56,599 bases of DNA from a virus (lineage: Duplodnaviria; Caudoviricetes), in the IMG/VR virus record IMGVR_UViG_3300033233_000046, positions 1 to 56,599 of that record. One strand, 5' to 3'. A model generated the notes under the pieces. It was not told the origin of the DNA and ran no database searches. It saw nothing but the letters and a program-made list of their open reading frames with translations. Both the position numbers and the translations under genes were made by a program. This document shows, piece by piece, positions 17,356 to 27,900 of this stretch. Numbering within the stretch: the first letter of the stretch is position 1; each line of letters opens with the position of its first letter.

Positions 17356-20322
17356 ATGGGATTTACTTATACTCCGAACTTCAATCTTGCTAAACCGGAC
17401 TTTGGTGAACCGGGCACTAACTGGTGGACAAAGGTTAACGCTAATTTTGACGCTATAGACCTTGCTCTTATTTCAATCGGCGGTAGTGGTGCTATAACAT
17501 CGGTCTTTGGAAGAACAGGAGTTATAACTGCTCAGACAGGGGATTATACCGCTACTCAGGTGGGGGCGATACCTGTTGTCGGAGGAGCGGTTGCAGGGCA
17601 TATCCCTATCTTCTCAGGATCGGGTGTTCTAAGCGATTCAGGAGTGGTCTTTAGCAGGGCCGCAGGTTCAATTTATATAAATGATGTTACAGTTCAAGTT
17701 ACTCCAGTTCTTCCGTCAAATTCCGCTGCCACTAATACAGCGAATATTGCCTCTATAATAGCTGCGGCTGCTGATGGTACTACATTGTTTTTCCCTGAAG
17801 GAACATATGCTTTTGCGAAAAACGGAGGGAATGATTATGCCATACTAATTAATAAAAGAGTTAATATGCTTGGTGAAGGTTGGATGGGTACTAAACTTAC
17901 AATAAATACAAATGATTGTCATTTTATTAAAGTTGAGAATCCCAGGAGGGTAGGTGCTAATCAGATAGGTGGAGTAGATGAAACAATCTCTGATTGGGGG
18001 CCTAGGGTTGCGATAAAAATTTGCGAATTACAACTTGTAAGAACGGCACTTGAAGCTTACCAACCTAATAATACAATGAATAATTATTATTCCGGGTTAT
18101 ATCTTCATGGCTGTGCGTGGAGTACATTTGAGCGACTTGAATTTAGGAATTGTGGAATAGCTATACATGTTTATAACGGGACGGGAGATTTAGCAAATGG
18201 ATATTTTAATGTAGCCAATGATTACAGGCTTATTTTTGGTCATTTTTGTAGAGTGGGAGTGAAATATACTAATGGTGATACACACCAGACTGATAATAGG
18301 TGGAGTGACATTCTCATAATAGGTGACGCTACATACACCACAGATGGGACCGGGTATAATGCTGGTTTTTGGATAGAAGACGCTTGGGCCGGAGATGTAA
18401 TGATAAGAGATAGTATTTTTTTAAGATATGAAGAGGGTGTTCATATCGTTGCTACGGCCCCGAACTACTCTGCTAATGTTTGGCTTCATGATGTTTGGAT
18501 AGACGTTTTTAAAAATTACGGATTTAATATAGCTAACATGAATCTTATAAGCCTTAGTAAGTGTAATCCTGCTGCTCCTCTTGGAACAAATTCGGTAGGA
18601 ATATATTTGGCAAACTGTCATGGGGGCGATATAACAAAATGCTATATTCCAATAACGGCAAGTGGACATATGGGAATTCATGTAGTAGCTAGTTTAACGG
18701 GAGGACAGTCTTCATATAATCTTGCTTTTTCTCAGAATACTATTTCGGGAAGCACAGTAGTTGCTAATCAGGGCATTGGTTTTTTATCTAGGGGAATGTC
18801 AGTATCAAGTATTATTGGGAACAATATTTTGGGATGTTCAACCGGGATAAAGCTTGCCAGTGATAGCAACTCTATCCCTTCAGTACAAAACACCATTAAG
18901 GGCAATACCATTCATAATCAAATAAGTGGAAGTAATGCAATAGGTATTAGGTTTGATGATATAAATCAAAGCAATAATATATATCAGGGGAATATAGCTT
19001 ATTTAAAGGTTGGTGGAACACCAATACAAAATTATGGAACTAACAACATCATTAAAGACAACCAGCCGTATTCTGGAAGCGCAAGCGGGACGTTAAGATC
19101 AGCGACAAAAATAATAGCGGCCCATAACTCCATTGATACGACCTCTGCCGATTATATGTGTGATGGGACGAATGACGAAGTTCAGGTAGCTCAGGCCGTA
19201 GCAGATTTAGGAACCGTAGGCGGGGAAATTCTATTTCTAGAAGGTAATTACTACTATTCTGCTTCTGTAACCGTTAAGTCCAGCATAACATTCAAGGGTG
19301 TTGGTTCAGGATATGGCTGGTCCCCCGGTTCCGTCAACTTTTATCTCATGGCGAATGTTCCTATGTTTTATGGAGACGCTGATCTCGCTCCTTTTATAAT
19401 GAATGTGAACTTTGTTGATATTAACTTTGCCGCAAATGTGCAGACCGCTTCAGAAAAACCACCGACAGGAACAACCGCAAGGGATGTCTATCTTTTCCAA
19501 TTCATTAATAGGTGCAAAGAGTTCAGCTTTACAAGATGCACCTTTAAGTATGCAGGAGCGATTTATATTGACACCTGCTGGGATTTTACTTTTATGAATT
19601 GTACATGGCACTCTTACGGTAGTACATCTTATCCTGCAATCTGGCTCTATAATAATTACAGGGTTGGATTGCAAAATGATGCTATCTCGAATATGCACTT
19701 CATTGGCTGTCGATGGGAAACTGGAAATAATATAGCCATTTTACAGACCTCTCATGCAAGCAACCCCACGCAAAACGCAGTCGGGGTTGATCTGGTAGAT
19801 TGTAAGGTTGATAGCAGTAATTATGCGGTAATGTACGGCGGTTTTTATGGTGCAAGAATTACATCCAGTTCATTCTATAATACAACAAGTGGTCGAAGTA
19901 TGTTTGTTTTTCTTAGTGCTGGCACTAAGAATACTATCACGGGGAACATCTTTGAAGCCAATGCTGGCGCAGCTATCTATTTTAATTGTTGGGCAGTCAC
20001 AATAACAGGCAATGTATTTTCTGGAGCACAGACCGGACTTTATATTGATACCGGTACAGGTGCTGCCAATTCAGTAATAAGCAATAATGTTTTTCTTACT
20101 GCTCAACAAGGTTCTATAAATATAAAAGGTGGCTATATTCAAATTATGGGAAATGTCTTCAACGGAAGTGTTGCGACTAACGACATAAGACTGGAATCTA
20201 CTTCGAGTTATAATTTCCTTATCGGCAATAACGGGTATAGTTCAACAGGTGGTTGGTCTATTTATTCAGATGCTGGTTCAAATAATAAGAAGCATTTCAA
20301 CACTGGAGATGGAGACCTGTAA
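17356..20322 (+). CDS. Tailspike / depolymerase with right-handed beta-helix domains
   Basis: TPNFNLAKP head, TLFFPEGTY and GGEILFLEGNY pectate-lyase-like starts, IxGN repeats. Confidence 0.85.
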   Translation: MGFTYTPNFNLAKPDFGEPGTNWWTKVNANFDAIDLALISIGGSGAITSVFGRTGVITAQTGDYTATQVGAIPVVGGAVAGHIPIFSGSGVLSDSGVVFSRAAGSIYINDVTVQVTPVLPSNSAATNTANIASIIAAAADGTTLFFPEGTYAFAKNGGNDYAILINKRVNMLGEGWMGTKLTINTNDCHFIKVENPRRVGANQIGGVDETISDWGPRVAIKICELQLVRTALEAYQPNNTMNNYYSGLYLHGCAWSTFERLEFRNCGIAIHVYNGTGDLANGYFNVANDYRLIFGHFCRVGVKYTNGDTHQTDNRWSDILIIGDATYTTDGTGYNAGFWIEDAWAGDVMIRDSIFLRYEEGVHIVATAPNYSANVWLHDVWIDVFKNYGFNIANMNLISLSKCNPAAPLGTNSVGIYLANCHGGDITKCYIPITASGHMGIHVVASLTGGQSSYNLAFSQNTISGSTVVANQGIGFLSRGMSVSSIIGNNILGCSTGIKLASDSNSIPSVQNTIKGNTIHNQISGSNAIGIRFDDINQSNNIYQGNIAYLKVGGTPIQNYGTNNIIKDNQPYSGSASGTLRSATKIIAAHNSIDTTSADYMCDGTNDEVQVAQAVADLGTVGGEILFLEGNYYYSASVTVKSSITFKGVGSGYGWSPGSVNFYLMANVPMFYGDADLAPFIMNVNFVDINFAANVQTASEKPPTGTTARDVYLFQFINRCKEFSFTRCTFKYAGAIYIDTCWDFTFMNCTWHSYGSTSYPAIWLYNNYRVGLQNDAISNMHFIGCRWETGNNIAILQTSHASNPTQNAVGVDLVDCKVDSSNYAVMYGGFYGARITSSSFYNTTSGRSMFVFLSAGTKNTITGNIFEANAGAAIYFNCWAVTITGNVFSGAQTGLYIDTGTGAANSVISNNVFLTAQQGSINIKGGYIQIMGNVFNGSVATNDIRLESTSSYNFLIGNNGYSSTGGWSIYSDAGSNNKKHFNTGDGDL

Positions 20323-20358
20323 AATGAACAAAATCAAACAGGGATATAGGAGGGAAGC

Positions 20359-20739
20359 ATGAAGTTAGGAGTACATGAGAGAATAGGGCTTTTACAGTTA
20401 ATACCGAAAGAAGGGAAGTATTTGTATCTGGTTCAAGTAAAAAAGGCAGTGGAGGTGTTGAACTTTAACGAGGAAGAGAGACAGTTGCTCCATTTTAGGA
20501 CAGAAGGCGTAGGCGATAAGACAAAGACGATGTGGGAAGATAATCAGGTTGACGAAAAGGAAATTGAGATTCCCGAAGAGGTTGAGGATACTGTTAGAAA
20601 AATTCTTATTAATAATGATAGACAGAAAAAGCTTACATTTGAGCTTTTCACTCTTTATGAAAAATTCTGTTTAACTGCTTCTAGTCTCACAGAAGATCAG
20701 AACAAACATCTTGCAGCCAATGATGAGGTAATAACCTGA
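20359..20739 (+). CDS. Hypothetical protein (possible fibre chaperone)
   Basis: Strong RBS; position after tailspike. Confidence 0.6.
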   Translation: MKLGVHERIGLLQLIPKEGKYLYLVQVKKAVEVLNFNEEERQLLHFRTEGVGDKTKTMWEDNQVDEKEIEIPEEVEDTVRKILINNDRQKKLTFELFTLYEKFCLTASSLTEDQNKHLAANDEVIT

Positions 20740-21032
20740 TGGGATGGGGTCAGTGGGCATATGGAACGGTTGCATGGGGAGAACCTACTGTTTCAATTCC
20801 GGTTAGTGCTCCAGAAGATAGGTGGTGGACTGACGGAAGAGCACAATTCCCGCAATGGCCTTTTGTAGAGGAGGATATGGTGCTCGGATATATTAACAAC
20901 CCGAATCAGACATATGAGAAAACAATTACCCATACTCCATGTGGACATTGGCATAAAAAGACATGGCCTTATCCAGATTTACCATTGTGGAGAACAGGGC
21001 CAGCACCTAAAACAATAATCAGGCATATTTAA
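20739..21032 (+). CDS. Trp/Pro-rich hypothetical virion protein
   Basis: TGATG coupling; WGQWAYG..WG motif. Confidence 0.55.
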   Translation: MGWGQWAYGTVAWGEPTVSIPVSAPEDRWWTDGRAQFPQWPFVEEDMVLGYINNPNQTYEKTITHTPCGHWHKKTWPYPDLPLWRTGPAPKTIIRHI

Positions 21033-21043
21033 GGAGGTCTAAA

Positions 21044-21451
21044 ATGGCATCACAAGTAGCGAACTTCTGGAAGTATTACAAGCTGAATCTTTTGGTAGGT
21101 AAGACGTTTAAAATTTACCTTATGGCTCCGGGTTTTCTCTTTAACCGGGCAACCCATAAGCATTATACCGACATCTCAGCAAGTGAACTCACTACGGCTA
21201 ACGGGTATACCTCTGGTGGTCAATCGCTTGCAGGAATAAGCGTCTCGCAGGACGATACGAACAACCGTGGGATAATCACATGGAGCAATGCTCAATGGAC
21301 AGCATCAAGTAATGGAATTGCAGCTTCAGGAGCTATTGTCCATGATTCTACGGACGATGTTATTGCAGGATTCATAGATTTTGGGGGAACACAGACGGCT
21401 TTGGCGGGTGCTCCGTTCATAGTAGCGAATATCAGCGTGGAAGAGGATTAA
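21044..21451 (+). CDS. Virion structural protein (GYTxGG type)
   Basis: SELTTANGYTSGGQSL and IDFGG motifs; AAGGAGG RBS. Confidence 0.7.
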   Translation: MASQVANFWKYYKLNLLVGKTFKIYLMAPGFLFNRATHKHYTDISASELTTANGYTSGGQSLAGISVSQDDTNNRGIITWSNAQWTASSNGIAASGAIVHDSTDDVIAGFIDFGGTQTALAGAPFIVANISVEED

Positions 21452-22537
21452 TTGCAGACTTACCCGGCAGGAACGTTTCTTTTTAATTGTGCCTTACTCT
21501 CACAAGGGAAACTGAAAGGCATCGGAATTATCAAGGGTGTTCCTTCTACCTATACTGCCCATAAACAGTCAAGTACCTTTACTCAGGGCTATACCCCACT
21601 TGCCGGTATAGGAGTTATTAGGGGTAATGTTCTTGAAGCTACTGTTGCTCATTCCCTGGCTGCTCTTGTCGGAAATGGGAAGATAAGTGGTTATCCGTGG
21701 GTACTACATTCAGGATATGAATGGGTATGGAACTCAAAGATAGGAGTTTTAGACTTTACCATAGACAAAAGCAATCAGGCAGGACAGAGACCGATGGAGT
21801 TTGGAGGTTTCATATATGCCATTAAGAAACTCGGCAATGAGGTAATAGTCTATGGTCAGAATGGAGTAGGGACGCTTTCTCCTGCTGGTGTCCATTTTGG
21901 ACGGAAGACGATATACAATGTGGGTCTGATAGCCAAAAATGCTGTATGCGGAACTGAGCAAGTTCATTACTTTATAGACTCAAACGGAATAATGTGGAAG
22001 ATGTCGGGGCAGGGCCTTGAGATGATTGATTACTCAAATTGGTTCTCTGCCCTTAATAATAGAACAGTTATGACCTATAACGAAAAGAAGAAGACGGTAC
22101 ATATCTGTGATGGCGTGAGGGGGTTTGTCTATAGTGAATCTGGACTAGGCAAGGGTCCGATAAATATAACAGGCATGGGATTACAGTCGGGGATATTCTA
22201 CGTCTCCGCTCCCGTAGCTATTGTAACAGACCCGCTTCAGGTTGCAACCGACATTATTGATTTTGGTTCAAGGGACACGAAATATATAGATCATCTTGAT
22301 GTCGGGATGGACGTGGTTCAAGACCTTTATATGGCAGTAGAGTACCGCTTAAATAAGGGGCAGACATTCTTTATGACTCCATGGATTAAGGCTGATTATA
22401 CTGGGACTGTCCATCTGATTGTATCCGGTATAGAGTTTAGGTTCTGGTTGAAAGTGCTGAATTGGGAGCAAATAAGAATTGATTATATAAATGTATCTGG
22501 TAAACAGGTGGGTGCAGTGCAACAGGTAGCGGCATGA
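21452..22537 (+). CDS. Putative tail nozzle/stabilisation protein, C-terminal part
   Basis: Propeller-like strands (IKKLGNEVIVYG, HYFIDSNG), TDIIDFGSRDTK module; TTG start. Confidence 0.55.
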   Translation: MQTYPAGTFLFNCALLSQGKLKGIGIIKGVPSTYTAHKQSSTFTQGYTPLAGIGVIRGNVLEATVAHSLAALVGNGKISGYPWVLHSGYEWVWNSKIGVLDFTIDKSNQAGQRPMEFGGFIYAIKKLGNEVIVYGQNGVGTLSPAGVHFGRKTIYNVGLIAKNAVCGTEQVHYFIDSNGIMWKMSGQGLEMIDYSNWFSALNNRTVMTYNEKKKTVHICDGVRGFVYSESGLGKGPINITGMGLQSGIFYVSAPVAIVTDPLQVATDIIDFGSRDTKYIDHLDVGMDVVQDLYMAVEYRLNKGQTFFMTPWIKADYTGTVHLIVSGIEFRFWLKVLNWEQIRIDYINVSGKQVGAVQQVAA

Positions 22538-22971
22538 TATACAAGCTCGATGCAGGAGGAATAGCTCAAAATTGGGGTATTATCAAGTACGCTGCCGTTA
22601 CAGTTAAGAATATTGTTCCGAAAGAGAATATCTCTCGGTATTGCAGAAATTTGTTGAAGAACCTTTTAACAAGTAAGTATCAATGCTGGTTCATTCTTTC
22701 AGAAAAAAAAGAGGTTAAGACTGTATTGATAACTAAGATATACAACGACATCGGAGACGAGATGCACTTAATGATGGATGTGGCCTATGGCTTTACTCCA
22801 ATGACTGACAGCGACAGGGAAGAGATAAGGAATGCTATACTGCAATTTAGCCGGTCAGTGGGGTGTAATACGATTCTTGCTTATGTAGATAATCAAATGG
22901 CTGGTAATGCGTTGGCGAAGGGCGGTATGACCGAGACATTCAGAGTATATTCTATGCAGGTAGGAGGATAA
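22534..22971 (+). CDS. Small protein preceding ejection genes (possibly GNAT-like)
   Basis: Position and size as in podoviruses; fold is inference. Confidence 0.45.
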   Translation: MIYKLDAGGIAQNWGIIKYAAVTVKNIVPKENISRYCRNLLKNLLTSKYQCWFILSEKKEVKTVLITKIYNDIGDEMHLMMDVAYGFTPMTDSDREEIRNAILQFSRSVGCNTILAYVDNQMAGNALAKGGMTETFRVYSMQVGG

Positions 22972-22972
22972 A

Positions 22973-23821
22973 ATGGGAAGCAGTAGTTCACCTGATGGGA
23001 CAATACATTTCGCTCCCTATATAGAAGATTACCATGAAAGAATGATGTCTAATATGGACAAGGTTCTTGTGGGGAATGAAGGAGAGGGAGCCATTTGGTT
23101 CTTTAAGGATGCTCAATATTACCCTCTCGGAAAAGTTTTCTCCTCCCCCTATGCTGCATATACCGTTACTCTTCCCGATGATGCTTATCTGGGGTTTGGG
23201 TATACCGTGACCAGCTTCCCCTCGGTCTATGATATGTTTGGGAAGTTTACGGCAGGCCTTGATATTGAAATTCTTCATGGTCAAATACTCCGAGATGATA
23301 TTTATGATGGCCCCATAAATGACTTTGTAGATGCTGCGGCTACCTATCTTAATGATGAGATAGATAATGTATCTCTTCCGAGAATGGTAGCAGGCATGAG
23401 AGACATAAACGCAGTTATGTCTACGGGCTTTCTGGTAGAAAAAACTCTTATAGAAGACAGCAGGTTAAAAGCTCTTGCCAAAACTCGTTCTGAATTGCAG
23501 ATAAAAGCTATGGAGTTAGGACATCAGAGATGGATAAAGCATCTCGACTGGAATATGAATACCGTGAAGCTTTTTACGGACATTACCGATAAAATGCTTT
23601 CGTCTGAGCAAAACTATTTAAAGGTGAAAGAAGCCATTGACGTAGGGAATAAGCTATGGAGCTTTACAGTTCTTGATAAATGGGGTGGGATGCTCGGATT
23701 GTTAAATAACGCCTATGCCTCCTCGCAGCACAAAACGGGCGGTTTAATGGAAACGATAGGAAATGTTGCAGGTGGTGTCTCTGCCTTAGCGAAAATAGCC
23801 CCATTGATTGCGATGATATAG
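22973..23821 (+). CDS. Putative internal virion (ejection) protein
   Basis: MGSSSS start, helical, hydrophobic Gly/Ala C-terminus. Confidence 0.6.
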   Translation: MGSSSSPDGTIHFAPYIEDYHERMMSNMDKVLVGNEGEGAIWFFKDAQYYPLGKVFSSPYAAYTVTLPDDAYLGFGYTVTSFPSVYDMFGKFTAGLDIEILHGQILRDDIYDGPINDFVDAAATYLNDEIDNVSLPRMVAGMRDINAVMSTGFLVEKTLIEDSRLKALAKTRSELQIKAMELGHQRWIKHLDWNMNTVKLFTDITDKMLSSEQNYLKVKEAIDVGNKLWSFTVLDKWGGMLGLLNNAYASSQHKTGGLMETIGNVAGGVSALAKIAPLIAMI

Positions 23822-23829
23822 GAGGATAT

Positions 23830-24996
23830 ATGCCGATACCCGATATGCTTGATTCGATTCAGAGTTCATGGGGTGATATATTCAAGAATATTCAGCCTCC
23901 CAAAGCTACCGGTGCGTCTGGCGGGATCGGCAATATACAGGCGAATGTTGATATGCCTGGAGGATTTAGACCACCATCCGGTTCATTTGACAGGGCCGCT
24001 AACGTAGATTTCCCTGAAATGAAAGCTCCTTCTTATAGGGGGATAGAAGGCAATTCTTCTGTAGCGGGTATAAAACCTATGCAAAATCCTCAGTACCATG
24101 GGTTAAATGCTTATCCTACATTTGGAATAAAAGGAGCACCACCTACAGGAGCATTTGTAAAGACATTGGGTGGTATAGCCCATGCCTTAGCACCGAAGTC
24201 ATGGGGAGGAAGGCTCGGAAAGGAAATGGCAGGGCAGGTAGCAGAAGAGGAAGCTATGGCAACAAGCAGGGAGGATAAGAGGTTAGCCGAACTGTTTAGG
24301 CAGGATCGGTTAAGAGAAACACAAAAAAGGGATGAAGACACAGCGAGGCATCGGAGGGTGCTTGAAGGACAGGGCGATTTCAGATTAGGAGCAATGGTAG
24401 ACGCAAAACAAGCAGAAGCAGACAGGAAGGCTAGAGAAGAGGAGGCTAAACGTGTAGGCGGGGTATCCCTTGAAACGCTCAGGACTGTTCCTTCTGAATC
24501 ATTAGAGTTACCCACAGAGGGAGGGAGTACGATAAGGAAAGAGCTTGAAGGACAGGTAATGGAATCGGCAGCCTCAAGTCCCGGACTTCAGCATATGTTT
24601 AAGGCATATGAAGACAGGCAGTATCCCATAGTCAAAGAAAAGACCCCTCAGCGGATTACAGAGACAGACTGGATTGCTAAGGCAGCGCAAGGTGATCCTG
24701 AAGCGAAAAAGGTTGTCGGTGCGATTGAAGCACACAAAAGGGCCACCAAAGACCCTCGTAGGGATAGGTTTGTTACCGCTAGGAACAAAGACGGTGATTT
24801 AGTGCTTGTAGACATAGATAACCCCGGTGCGAATCCAAAGGTTATTGAAGGTGTTAAGAAGGATGCTCCCAAGAAAGGCAAGGAAGAGGGGGGATGGAGA
24901 AAGAAAAAAGACTTTAGTAAAAAATGGGGAGAGGAAGATAAAAAGATGATACAACAGGAAGATGATGATATTAGAAAAGCGTTAGGACTCAAATAA
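23830..24996 (+). CDS. Putative internal virion (ejection) protein
   Basis: Low-complexity charged helical protein between ejection-type genes. Confidence 0.55.
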   Translation: MPIPDMLDSIQSSWGDIFKNIQPPKATGASGGIGNIQANVDMPGGFRPPSGSFDRAANVDFPEMKAPSYRGIEGNSSVAGIKPMQNPQYHGLNAYPTFGIKGAPPTGAFVKTLGGIAHALAPKSWGGRLGKEMAGQVAEEEAMATSREDKRLAELFRQDRLRETQKRDEDTARHRRVLEGQGDFRLGAMVDAKQAEADRKAREEEAKRVGGVSLETLRTVPSESLELPTEGGSTIRKELEGQVMESAASSPGLQHMFKAYEDRQYPIVKEKTPQRITETDWIAKAAQGDPEAKKVVGAIEAHKRATKDPRRDRFVTARNKDGDLVLVDIDNPGANPKVIEGVKKDAPKKGKEEGGWRKKKDFSKKWGEEDKKMIQQEDDDIRKALGLK

Positions 24997-27900
24997 TGCC
25001 TAAAGCGTGGAAAGATATAGTTAATTCTCAAGATTATAAGGCGTGGAATCCTGAGAAAAGGGCTAGAGCACAGAATATCTACTTCGATGAGGTAGTGTCT
25101 GAGGGATTGTCCGATGAAGACAAGGCACAGGCGAAAGCTCAGTTCTTTAAGGCATATCCACCGCCTAAGCCTCCGGGCATTGTGGATAAGGCTATTGATG
25201 TTGTGAAAGATGTTCCTCGTTCTGTCAAAGCCTATGGTTCTCAGACCGTTGCATCTTTAATGGAAGGTGCAGCCGGATTTGGAGAGAAACTTTCGGGAGC
25301 ATCCGATTATATAGCCGACAGAACAGGGTTATATGATTTAGGTGAGAAAATCGGCATCCCAAGAACAAGCGGATTAACAAAAGAGATGGTAGAGGGCTCG
25401 AAGGGTCTGGCAACATCAACAAGAAAAATGGCTGAATCTATTCCCTCAACTCCCATAGAACGTTTCGTTGGTGGTGCTGCCGGAGGTGCTTTGCCGGGGA
25501 TTACCGAGTTTGTAACCGAGAAGGGCATGCCTCCTCTTGCTTATGTCATGGGTGCGTCAGAAGCAAAGAAAAAGGGCGAATCGGAAGTCCTGGGAGGATT
25601 AGGAGAGGCAGGACGCATCGGTTTACTTAGTAAAGCCTTTGGTGCTACTGCTCCACTAAAAAGAGGACTTAGAATGCTAGCACAGGGAGTAGTAATGGCT
25701 ACCGGATCGCCAGAAGGACCGACACCTGAAGCCTTTGGTACAGGTATGCTCTATGGGATGTTTGGGGGGAAGGGGGAGATAGGGTTAAGGGGTATGGCTA
25801 AAAAGCCTTCAGTTCCGTGGGAAGAGTTTGGGGATATACCGAAGGACCCGACTAAACCTTTCAGCAAGGAAGAAATTAAGTCTATCAATGCCATTAAGCC
25901 GACAGAAGGCGAAGGGATAGCGTCTAAAATACCACCTGAACAGCCCCCAATTAAGCCTGAGGGGGTAATAGAAGCATTAAAACCACAAACAGAGGGTGTT
26001 GACCGCAGGGCTGCTATGCGTCCCTATCTGCCGGACTTCACTGTTGAGCAACTTCAGGAAATGAAGCGGACGAATGAGGAAGGGTGGGCCGACAAACCGA
26101 CTACCGACCCATACGAAATACGCAAGAGAGACAGGCAGAGGGATGAACTCGATAAGATAATCGTTAAAGCTGGTGGCAGGGCCGAGAAAGAGATCGAAGA
26201 GCCGCCGATGCCTGAATTTAAAAAGAAATATCAGAAAAAGGAGGGAGTAACAATTGAGCAAGATAAGAGTGCAACCGAAGCCGAAGCCACAACCGGAGGA
26301 CGAGGGGCAGGTACAGAGGTTCGGGGAGAAGTAATACAGGTTGATAAAGTGATGTCACCAGAAGAGGGAAAAGCTTTACTTACATCTGAGACAGCTAAAG
26401 AACCCGTGAAGAAGGCAACACAAAAGGACATGTTCGGGGCTACACAGGGGGGGTTAGAGGGCAAGATACCCTCAACTGAGACCCCTGAGACACCCCTTGA
26501 GGCCGCACAGAGGGAAGCACAGGCCCGTAAGGTACAGGCAGAGGAAGCGAAGGCGCAACAGGCACTACCGACAGAACCATTAACCCCAAAAGCTAAGGCT
26601 ACCATTCAGGATTCGTTCGACAATGGCCTCACTGTCAGCCTGAAAAACCTGCGGGAATCGGATAAGCGAACAATCACAAAGGGAGAGATACGACAAATAT
26701 ATGAGGTAAAGTCCAGACAAACTACCGCTCCTGAGATGATAGAGAAGCTGAAGGGGGAAGGGTTTAAGATAGGGAAGAGTGTTGAGCTTTATTCTGGTAT
26801 TCCGGTAGATGAGATAGTGAGGTCTGTCAAGGCATTTAAAGAGAGCATTTTTGACCCCGTTAAGGCTTTTTGGTCAAGACCGCCCAAGGCAAGCGAAGGT
26901 AAAAATATCATTGGTAAATATTTGGGAGATGCGCAGCAATATCAGTGGCGATTAAGCAGGTTTGCTAATGCAATACAGAAGGAAATACCAAAGCTCGACC
27001 AACAGGCTATGAAGCGTTGGATGCAGGCGGGGGGAGATGAAGCTACCCTCAGACAATGGGCTACTCAAATGAAAGACCCTGAGCTGAAGAAGATTTACGA
27101 GAGAGCTTTGAATCTACCCGAACAAGCCAAAGAAATCGCGCGTCAGTTAGAAGTAGGATACGCTGAGGGTGCAGAGGAAATGATTAAGTCTGGTATTCTG
27201 GAAGATACTGTTGAGTTCTATGTTAATAAGAATTGGGATAGACCGAACAAGGCTAGTCAGAAACTTCAAGCGTGGGCTAATGCTACGAGTACTGGCAAAT
27301 TCAGACCAGACCCTAAAGAAGCCAAACACAGGATATGGAAGTCTAATTTCGAGGGAGAACAATTAGGGTATAAAGAGAAGAACGATTCTATAGGGTTTGC
27401 TTATGTTAAGTGGATGTCTTCAATGGCAGATGCTAAATCTACCAGAGAAGCCCTTAAATCAATGATGTCAGCTAAAATGCCAGATGGAAGACCAATGGTA
27501 TATGTAGGCGGTGGGGGAAGTTACGTACCGAAGGAACTGCAAGCCGAAAGAGAAGCTTATTTCATAAAGCCCAATGCAAAACCTGAAGCAGCGTATGATT
27601 ATAAATCCTTTGATCACCCAGCCTTTAGAAAATGGAAATGGGTGGATAGCGATCCCGAAGGCAAGCCGATTATGGTACAGGGGAATATGCTCATACACCC
27701 TGAAGCCTACAAGCAGATTAACGCCATGATCGGGAAGTCAAAGATTAGAACATATACCATTCCTGAAGATGTTCCCATTGTCGGCGGTAAGCAACCTGGA
27801 CGGATGTTATTAGATGCGGGGGCTTTTGTAAAGGGAACTATTCTTGTCGGTCCCTTCCATCAGGTTCATGTAGGGGAACACGCCTTATTTCATAAGGTCA

